Below, piece by piece: positions 57,399 to 64,000 of a stretch of 64,000 nt of DNA. Below the pieces are notes generated by a model. The model was not told the origin of the DNA, did not search any database, and saw only the letters and a program-made list of their open reading frames with translations. How positions within the stretch are numbered: position 1 is the stretch's first letter; each line of letters begins with the position of its first letter. A program made the translations under genes and the position numbers. The DNA lies in IMG/VR virus record IMGVR_UViG_3300013132_000026, positions 1-64,000 of that record; one strand, given 5' to 3'. The stretch is from a virus.

Positions 57399-58341
57399 CA
57401 CAACTCTCCTGCCAGTTGAGCAGGAGATGCTAGACTCTGTATGCGAGAAGATCGAAGCGGAGCTTGAGGCTCCGATCTCAAGGAAAACACGCACGGCTAG
57501 TGAGGTTTTGTACGATCGATACGATCTGACTTCTGGCAAAGATTCGTATGTTCTGAAGGTCAACCTGTCTCCAGATACTCCAAATTTCTGGAGAGAGCTT
57601 CGCGAAAATCATTTTTCGTTTCACCCAGAAATCGTGGCGTCATCATTTGATGACGATTTCACTTTTTACTGTTATAAGACGACAAAGACATTCTCGGCGT
57701 CTAGCTTGACCGAGTTTCTGCTATCTAAGCGGCTTGGACTACAACACAAGATCGCAGAAGTCTTGAACGAGACTCATGCGATTAAGCTTTCGGACGTTGA
57801 TCAAACAACGGAAGTATTTCGCTCAATGCTGCCGATAGAAGCTGGCGCGTCAGTATCTTCGTTCCCGTTAGCTCACTTGTTTCTGCAGTGCAAACAGATA
57901 TTTGCGAAGCTGTACAAGCCAACGACTGATCTTGGCCTTTGCCACTTTGATGTTTCACCGCGAAATCTCTTGTACAATAATAGTGATTTTAAATTAATAA
58001 ATTTTGAGTATGCGGCGAATGCGAACGTCTATATCAACACGCTCTTAGTCAAAGAGACGCTAAACGGATCGGACGAGAGCTTCAACGATCTTTTGTCCGA
58101 CATGACAATCGACAAAACGAAGCTCGTTAAGTATCTTGATGCCGCAGAGATTTTTACATTCTGTTATTTTAATTCTAAGATTCTCGCAGAGTACTTGACT
58201 TTCGGGACTAGAAACGAACAGCTTTTGAGGTACTGGGTTCAGAAATCCGAGGCGATTTATAAAAATATCAAACAGAAGTTTTTTCTTCAAAAACCTATTG
58301 ACAAATCCATAGACGCCTTTTATGATGCTTGGAGACAATAA
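57358..58341 (+). CDS. APH/choline kinase-fold protein (possibly degenerate)
   Basis: YVLKV; LCHFDVSPRNLL; LINFEYA. Confidence 0.65.
   Translation: MEKRRNFLRHTVSSTTLLPVEQEMLDSVCEKIEAELEAPISRKTRTASEVLYDRYDLTSGKDSYVLKVNLSPDTPNFWRELRENHFSFHPEIVASSFDDDFTFYCYKTTKTFSASSLTEFLLSKRLGLQHKIAEVLNETHAIKLSDVDQTTEVFRSMLPIEAGASVSSFPLAHLFLQCKQIFAKLYKPTTDLGLCHFDVSPRNLLYNNSDFKLINFEYAANANVYINTLLVKETLNGSDESFNDLLSDMTIDKTKLVKYLDAAEIFTFCYFNSKILAEYLTFGTRNEQLLRYWVQKSEAIYKNIKQKFFLQKPIDKSIDAFYDAWRQ
58298..58326 (+). promoter_or_regulatory. Strong sigma70-type promoter
   Basis: TTGACA-N17-TATGAT upstream of ATG 58355. Confidence 0.7.
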
Positions 58342-58354
58342 GTCATATCAAAAC

Positions 58355-58570
58355 ATGAGTACCAATACAAATCGTGCTATCAACGCTATTCGCGGCACTT
58401 CAGGTCGTTACTTCGGCCTTCGCACCACAACGGAAACGGTCAATGCTCGCCTCCTGAGCGAAACTCCATCAACGATTCTCGTTGAAGATCGCAACGCTGG
58501 TCGCGTTCGTCGTTTCCGGAAGTCCAGCATCCGTAATGTTACCTTCGAGGGTTGCAGTTACAACCGTTAA
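58355..58570 (+). CDS. Small basic protein (SH3-like beta barrel), monocistronic
   Basis: Has its own promoter and terminator; 71 aa, Arg-rich. Confidence 0.6.
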   Translation: MSTNTNRAINAIRGTSGRYFGLRTTTETVNARLLSETPSTILVEDRNAGRVRRFRKSSIRNVTFEGCSYNR

Positions 58571-58590
58571 TTAGCGCAGTGGTCATCACT

Positions 58591-58619
58591 AAAGCCCACG
58601 GGAAACCGTGGGCTTTTTT
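58591..58619 (+). terminator. Rho-independent terminator
   Basis: AAAGCCCACGG-gaaa-CCGTGGGCTTT-TTT. Confidence 0.9.
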
Positions 58620-58635
58620 GTGTAAATATACTTAT

Positions 58636-58848
58636 ATGCCAATCCCAACACCAAAGCCCGATCAAGAAGAGTCCGAGTTTATCGGCTCTTGTATGTCTTC
58701 TAAGTCAATGAACGAAGACTACCCAAATCAGAAGCAACGCTATGCGATTTGCATCTCCCAGTTTAACCGTAAAAAGAAGAAGAACGAAGGATCAATGGAC
58801 GCTGTAAAGTGGGATGAAAAAGACGTTTCTCGCGTTATCATAGAGTAA
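58636..58848 (+). CDS. Small conserved phage protein (MPIP.P...E.EFI..CM...YP..KQR.AIC)
   Basis: ATG 58636 lies 9 nt after GTGTAAA. Confidence 0.6.
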   Translation: MPIPTPKPDQEESEFIGSCMSSKSMNEDYPNQKQRYAICISQFNRKKKKNEGSMDAVKWDEKDVSRVIIE

Positions 58849-58849
58849 C

Positions 58850-59185
58850 ATGACCGCATACAATTGGACGTTCCCCTCTTTTGATTGCTATCCAGTTCAA
58901 TCTGGTTTGGCAGACGTAGTTGCTATGGTTCACTGGCAAATTCGAGCCGTTGAATCTGGCTCTAATGGAACAATATATATCTCTGAGGCTGGCGCAGGAA
59001 CTTCGCTTCCAGCAGTTAATCCAGAAGACTTTATTCCGTTCGATCAGCTCACTACGGGAGAGGCTGCGTCTTGGGTAATTCAGCTTGAGAACATTACTGG
59101 CACGAACGGAGTATATGAGAGACTTGCCTTAGATATCGAAAATCAGAAGAATCCACCGATTATAAAAAAGACTCTCGTTAGCTAA
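58850..59185 (+). CDS. Fibre-associated small phage protein
   Basis: Y.W.....D......GLADVV..VHW...FIPFDQLT....WV...I...KNP pattern. Confidence 0.55.
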   Translation: MTAYNWTFPSFDCYPVQSGLADVVAMVHWQIRAVESGSNGTIYISEAGAGTSLPAVNPEDFIPFDQLTTGEAASWVIQLENITGTNGVYERLALDIENQKNPPIIKKTLVS

Positions 59186-59239
59186 TACTTTAGTTTAAAA
59201 AATATTAGGGCGCGTTATCATCTCTAAACCAGATGATAT

Positions 59240-59701
59240 ATGCGCCTTAAATTTTATAAGCCCAACAAGTCAAACACTGGAACAGCATTATCTTTTAATG
59301 TTGTTCAGCGTCAAAAAGAGGGAGACGATAAGGGTCTCGACCTCTATGTTAGTTTTGTAAAGCAAGCTTCTTGGAACGAACAGAGTCGTAAAGGCTCATT
59401 TGCCGAGAACGCAAAGAATCCAGAAAAGACAGCTTCGCTAAAGCTGAACGAGACAGAAGCGGCGACGATCATTCGCGCTATTCGTCTCGGCACGAAGTTC
59501 TCGACAGTTCATGCGTATCAAGGCGCGACAACGTCGATCATGTTTGGCCCGTATCAAAAGAAGAACGGCGACCATGCGTTTTCGTTCTCTATCAAGAAGG
59601 GTGAACAGTCTTTTTTGATCGGCTTCGAACTCGGAGAGGGCGAGCTTGTCGCTCAGTTCCTTGAGAATTATTTGGCTCAATCGTTCGCCGTATCAGAATG
59701 A
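59240..59701 (+). CDS. Putative ssDNA-binding (PC4/Whirly-like) protein
   Basis: FYKPNK.NTG.A.SF; KQASWN....GSF; KL...E motifs seen in phage ssDNA-binding-like proteins. Confidence 0.4.
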   Translation: MRLKFYKPNKSNTGTALSFNVVQRQKEGDDKGLDLYVSFVKQASWNEQSRKGSFAENAKNPEKTASLKLNETEAATIIRAIRLGTKFSTVHAYQGATTSIMFGPYQKKNGDHAFSFSIKKGEQSFLIGFELGEGELVAQFLENYLAQSFAVSE

Positions 59702-61599
59702 AAAAAACTGTAGTTCTCCACAGCAACCATAGTCGCATCTTTACAGGATTCGGCAAGAACATGAAGAATGTTCTTTTGTATTTGCACAAGACTGGCAAGT
59801 ACAATTTAATCGAGTTCGCCAACACAAAGCACAAAGATGCTCCCGAGCTACAAACGCTGCCTTGGAAAGCCGTTGGGACACTACCAGATCAAGCTCAACT
59901 TGCTCAGATTCAGTCCGATCAAAACAAGCTCCGCACCGCTACATACGGTCACTACGAGATTGACAATCTAATCAAAGAGTACAAGCCAGACTTCTATATC
60001 GGCATCGAAGATATTTGGGCTCTGTCTCCGCTTGCCGAAAAGAAGTGGTGGAACAAGAACTGCATGATTTGGACGACGCTCGACTCGACTCCGCTATATC
60101 ATGAGGCGATCAAGATCATCCCAAAGGTTAATCATTACTACGCTTGGGCTTCTTTTGCTGGTAAAGAAGTAGAGCGTTTAGGTCATCCGAAGGGTTCGAT
60201 CAAGACGCTACGAGGAGCCACCGAAACTTCTTCATTCTTTGCTCTGTCAAACGAAGAGAAGAAAGCGTTGAGAAAAGAGTTTGGATTGAACGACGAGTTC
60301 ATTATCGGTTTCGTGTTCCGCAATCAGCTCCGAAAGAGCGTTCCGAATCTTCTTCAAGGGTTCAAGCAATTCAAAGAAAAGAATCCAGCGTCTAAGGCGA
60401 AGCTCTTGTTGCATACGCACTGGAGCGAAGGCTGGGATATCGTAAAGCTGATGAAAGATAATGGCGTCAGTCCGAGTGATGTTCTCACAACTTACTTTTG
60501 TAAGAAATGCAAGCAGTACGAGGTTAAGCCATTTAGAGGCCAAAAGATCGCGTGTCGTTTCTGCGACGGCAAAGATACTGTTGAGACCACCAATATCACG
60601 AACGGAGTAAGCGAGCAGCAGCTGAACGAGATCTACAATTTGATGGATGTTTACTGTCATCCATTCACTAGCGGCGGGCAAGAGATTCCCGTAACCGAAG
60701 CGAAGCTGACTGAACTCGTTACTCTAGTAACAAACTATTCTTGCGGCGAAGATTTTTGCACCGAAGAGAGCGGCGGTATGGCGTTGAGTTGGAAGCCGTA
60801 CTTTGAACCGGGCACTAACTTCACAAAGGCTACCACGCTTCCAGAATCAATCGCTGATAAGCTTGAGCGTGTCTATAAAATGTCCCTTTCGAAGCGGCAA
60901 GAGGTGGGCAAGCGGGCAAGACAATTCGTTCTAGACAACCTCTCTGCTGAAGTAATTGGTCGCAAGCTAGAAGAGATCATCGACAATTCGGGTAAAGTTG
61001 ACTGGAACTACGAGTCCGCTTTCGAAGCTCGTAATCCTAAATATGAACCAGCCGACAATCCAAATGATGTTGAGTGGCTGATTGATATTTATAAAAATGT
61101 GCTGCGCATGACCGTCGATGCTAATGATGACGGCTTAAAGGGATGGATGTCTCAGTTAAAGAACGGAATCAGTCGCGAACAAATTCTCGACTTTTTCAGA
61201 AATACGGCAGTCAAGGAAAACAACGAAAATGCCAAAGTAGATTTCAATGACTTGCTCGACAAAGACGACAAAGGTCGGCGCATCTTGTTTGTTCTGCCTC
61301 AAAGTGCTGGCGACGTGTTTATGGCAACGTCGCTATTGCCATCGATCAAACGTGTTTACCCAGACTACAACATCTACTTCGCGACGAAGCCAGAATTTTT
61401 TGAGATCTTAGACTGCAACCCCTACATTCATAAGCGGCTAGTGTTTAGTCCATTCATGGAAAACTTATTGAGCATGGAAGGTCATGCTGGAGGCGAAGGA
61501 TATTTCGACATCACGTTTATCCCGCACATTGGAACACAAAAGATGTTCGACTATCAGCATAACGGCAAAGACATCCTCGAATACCAAACGATCCTTTAA
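59698..61599 (+). CDS. GT4-like glycosyltransferase with a CxxC..CxxC insert, fused to a GT9 N-terminal half
   Basis: TGFG; RNQLRKS.P.L; EIYNLMDVYCHPFTSGGQEIP..EA; CKKC...CRFC; C-terminal SAGDVFMATSLLPSIK..YP...FAT......NPYI. Confidence 0.8.
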   Translation: MKKTVVLHSNHSRIFTGFGKNMKNVLLYLHKTGKYNLIEFANTKHKDAPELQTLPWKAVGTLPDQAQLAQIQSDQNKLRTATYGHYEIDNLIKEYKPDFYIGIEDIWALSPLAEKKWWNKNCMIWTTLDSTPLYHEAIKIIPKVNHYYAWASFAGKEVERLGHPKGSIKTLRGATETSSFFALSNEEKKALRKEFGLNDEFIIGFVFRNQLRKSVPNLLQGFKQFKEKNPASKAKLLLHTHWSEGWDIVKLMKDNGVSPSDVLTTYFCKKCKQYEVKPFRGQKIACRFCDGKDTVETTNITNGVSEQQLNEIYNLMDVYCHPFTSGGQEIPVTEAKLTELVTLVTNYSCGEDFCTEESGGMALSWKPYFEPGTNFTKATTLPESIADKLERVYKMSLSKRQEVGKRARQFVLDNLSAEVIGRKLEEIIDNSGKVDWNYESAFEARNPKYEPADNPNDVEWLIDIYKNVLRMTVDANDDGLKGWMSQLKNGISREQILDFFRNTAVKENNENAKVDFNDLLDKDDKGRRILFVLPQSAGDVFMATSLLPSIKRVYPDYNIYFATKPEFFEILDCNPYIHKRLVFSPFMENLLSMEGHAGGEGYFDITFIPHIGTQKMFDYQHNGKDILEYQTIL

Positions 61600-61600
61600 T

Positions 61601-62785
61601 ATGCATTTACTAGACAGATATGCCTTATCTTGCGGCGTCAAAGCTGAAAAGCCATTCATTGACGAAGCTTACTATCCACTATCGGAGGATAACTACATCG
61701 TTTTCCAAACGAGCGGCAAAGGAAACTCTCGCCAGTACGATTACTGGTCGAAGGTATTTAATCTGATTCGCGAGTACGCGACCGACTACAAGATCATTCA
61801 CGTTGGATTACCCTCGGACCAAACAGTTGGTGGCGTAGACATTGATCTTCGCGGCAGAACTTCGATCAAGCAGTTGGCTTACGTTATCAAGAACTGCAAG
61901 ATGTACCTCGGAGTTGACAGTTTATCGACGCACCTTGCTGGTTTTTATGATAAAAAAATCGTGTCTCTGTACTCGTATAGTTACGCTCAAAACTGTGGCC
62001 CAGTTTTTGGCTCGCCCGAGAACAAGACGCTAATCGAGGTAGACTGGAAGAAGCATGGCAAGCCCTCGTTCTCGTTCAACGAAAAGGAAAAGAAGATCAA
62101 TACGATCTATCCCGAAGTCATTGCTCGCGCTGCGCTCAAGCAACTTGGCGTAGACAACGATTTAGATAAGTTCAACACGATTCATATCGGAGAGCTTTAC
62201 CACTCTCCAACTATTGAAATCATTCCAAACAACCTTCAGATCCACTCAATCGTAAAGGATAAAGTTTGTAACGTTCGAATGGACCTTTTCTTTGGTGAGG
62301 ACGTTTTACTTTCTCTCGCGAGATACGCTTCTATCAATATCATTACTGATCGAGAGATCTCACTTGAAAAGATTTTGCAAATCAAGCAAAAGATTGTTGG
62401 CTTCACGATTGTTGCGAACGATTCAATTTCAATCGCTTACCTTTCCGAGTTGAAAACTCTCGGTATTAAAGTTTCTCTAATAGCTCCAGACGGGCCAGAC
62501 TGGTCTCGTTTGTGTGCGAAATTCTTCGACTTTTGTCTTGACAAGGAGGATATCATCACTAAAAACGATGTAGAAAATGCAGATCAGATCGACGACACTT
62601 GCGTGTTCTCTTCGGAAAAAATCATACTTTCCGATGGAAAAGTGTATTCCAGCAAAATAGCATGGAAAAGCAATTCTCCGAAAACATCGAGAACAACAAA
62701 GGTTGTAGATCACCCAGATTTCTGGGAGGAAAGCGAGCATTTTCATATCTTCAAAGATGAGCGACCAACAAACTCCAATTATTGA
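61601..62785 (+). CDS. GT9 C-terminal half plus an additional domain
   Basis: RQYDYW..V; DLRGRTSIKQLAYVIKNC.MYLGVDSL.THLA; start at ATG 61601. Confidence 0.75.
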   Translation: MHLLDRYALSCGVKAEKPFIDEAYYPLSEDNYIVFQTSGKGNSRQYDYWSKVFNLIREYATDYKIIHVGLPSDQTVGGVDIDLRGRTSIKQLAYVIKNCKMYLGVDSLSTHLAGFYDKKIVSLYSYSYAQNCGPVFGSPENKTLIEVDWKKHGKPSFSFNEKEKKINTIYPEVIARAALKQLGVDNDLDKFNTIHIGELYHSPTIEIIPNNLQIHSIVKDKVCNVRMDLFFGEDVLLSLARYASINIITDREISLEKILQIKQKIVGFTIVANDSISIAYLSELKTLGIKVSLIAPDGPDWSRLCAKFFDFCLDKEDIITKNDVENADQIDDTCVFSSEKIILSDGKVYSSKIAWKSNSPKTSRTTKVVDHPDFWEESEHFHIFKDERPTNSNY

Positions 62786-63542
62786 CGTAAAGGCTGACAC
62801 GAAGCCACAAAATTCAAGCTTACGCGACGAGCGAGGGCTTTTAAAAGGAATAGATTACATCCTTAATAAGGACGGGACAGTAAACTGGCGAGCAATGATC
62901 AACCCCGCTCACCTCTATCCAAATAAGGATTGGTTTAATCGCCGCAATCTTCCGACCCCAGAGACGAGCGAAGGATTGCGAGACGAACAGCTTTTGATTA
63001 GGCTCGGAGGAATCAAGGAACTGGCAAAGCTTCGTGGATTCGAATGCGTTGACTTCGACTTGCTTAAGCTTGAGCGAGATTACGTTGTTTCGAAATGTAC
63101 GATTAGCTGGATTCGTAATTTTGAGTGCACGTCCGAAGAGTTCTTTTGCTTCATTAAGAATTCCGACGTTGCGAACGCCACGACCGAAAATACTGACGGT
63201 TTCGGGCAAAAGTTTCTAGAGACTATCGCGGCTAACCGCTCGTTTGTTCGAGCCGTTCGTAACTTTCTTGGCATTCATATCGTTGGGGAAGATGAGATTG
63301 CGAAGAGTGGCAGCGGAGGCAAGACTCAAACGGCTGACGGGTCTGCTGACGTTACTCCACAAGCCGTGCTGTCAAAGAAGTTCCAAGAAGTGATCGGCGG
63401 CGAGTTTCCCGATTTCCGTGAGTGGCTCCGCACGCTCTGGAAGGAAGAAACGTATCGCAACGAAGAAGCGAAGAACTGGAACTCTTGGTCCGACGTGCCA
63501 AGCAAGGAAGCTCGCACGTTACTCAAGCACCTCAAGTTATGA
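62757..63542 (+). CDS. Putative single-strand annealing protein (Rad52/Sak/RecT-like)
   Basis: LGGIKELA..RG; A.A...N....FLETIA.NR.FVRAVRNFLGI...EDEI. Confidence 0.5.
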   Translation: MSDQQTPIIDVKADTKPQNSSLRDERGLLKGIDYILNKDGTVNWRAMINPAHLYPNKDWFNRRNLPTPETSEGLRDEQLLIRLGGIKELAKLRGFECVDFDLLKLERDYVVSKCTISWIRNFECTSEEFFCFIKNSDVANATTENTDGFGQKFLETIAANRSFVRAVRNFLGIHIVGEDEIAKSGSGGKTQTADGSADVTPQAVLSKKFQEVIGGEFPDFREWLRTLWKEETYRNEEAKNWNSWSDVPSKEARTLLKHLKL

Positions 63543-64000
63543 TCAAGAGGATTGAAAAAGTAACAGAGCTTCGCGAGGTTCTCGATCAGATGGAAAAGTC
63601 TGACCGTTTAGATCTCGTTCTGAAGACTCACAAGCACGTTGCGGGAGATTGGGACTTGCCTCACTTAAAGAGTGAGCTTTCGCATCTCCTGCTTTCTTTC
63701 CGAGACAACGCCGTTGTCTACGTTTACTTTCGCGACGGCAAGCCAAACTCGATCTTTGCGGGACTGATCTCGCAAGATTGGGCTTGCGGCAAAACGGGAC
63801 TCAATGAAATCATTTGGGTCACAACTGGTAAGTCTTTTCTCGATGGAGTTATTGTTTTACAAGAAATCGAGAAACTAGTGGCACAGAGAGGTTTAGATTA
63901 CTTGTCGTGCCACTGGATGTGTAACGGCGGCGATCCGCGAGTGCAGATGTTCTATATGAACAACGGCTTTCGTCTCGATACACTTACCTTTGTAAAGAAT
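63539..64000 (+). CDS. GNAT-family N-acetyltransferase-like protein, runs off the window edge
   Basis: ATGA overlap; MIKRIEK...EIIWV...G..VLQEIEK....G...V..FY..NGFR. Not in the ORF track because it has no stop codon in the window. Confidence 0.65.
   Translation, partial: MIKRIEKVTELREVLDQMEKSDRLDLVLKTHKHVAGDWDLPHLKSELSHLLLSFRDNAVVYVYFRDGKPNSIFAGLISQDWACGKTGLNEIIWVTTGKSFLDGVIVLQEIEKLVAQRGLDYLSCHWMCNGGDPRVQMFYMNNGFRLDTLTFVKN

Noticed and set aside
256-63746. Numerous short antisense or alternate-frame ORFs in the track
   Set aside because: They fully overlap well-supported genes and have no recognisable motifs, so they are treated as shadow ORFs.
1-64000. tRNA/rRNA genes, integrase, transposase, alternative genetic code
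   Set aside because: No cloverleaf-sized structured gaps or such motifs were seen by eye, and standard-code ORFs tile the window using all three stop codons.

Overview
This window is a 64-kb internal segment of a large, gene-dense tailed dsDNA phage genome (Caudoviricetes). It is probably siphovirus-like, since tube and tape-measure genes are present but no sheath, capsid, portal or terminase. From left to right it contains: (1) a fibre/decoration island with Gly-rich and S/T-G-rich fibre genes, three Cys-bearing RCC1/BLIP-II beta-propeller genes and fibre chaperones; (2) a tailoring operon with 2OG-Fe(II) oxygenases, a methyltransferase, a sulfotransferase and GT9-like glycosyltransferases; (3) tail morphogenesis genes, including a 2191-aa tape measure protein; (4) a leftward dUTPase-sigma factor-SSB-GT4-Hsp20 unit; (5) a G-rich polypurine intergenic switch point; (6) membrane/lysis-like genes and a GMP reductase/GDP-mannose dehydratase/glycosyltransferase cluster; (7) a full replisome (ThyX, RecA, DnaB, DnaG, Cas4-like exonuclease, three-gene split Pol III alpha); and (8) a Clp ATPase, more glycosyltransferases, an annealase-like gene and a GNAT. 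The most unusual signal is the tape measure protein, which carries enzyme-like modules (a P-loop NTPase and a PD-(D/E)xK-like domain) between repeated GxxPNF(A/V) motifs. Other notable signals are DNA-level patchwork exchange among the RCC1 genes next to the tailoring operon, a recurrent TGTAAA candidate late promoter, a sigma54-type promoter on Hsp20 and start-codon hairpins with -10 boxes in their loops. All family assignments come from motif recognition by eye; no database searches were run.
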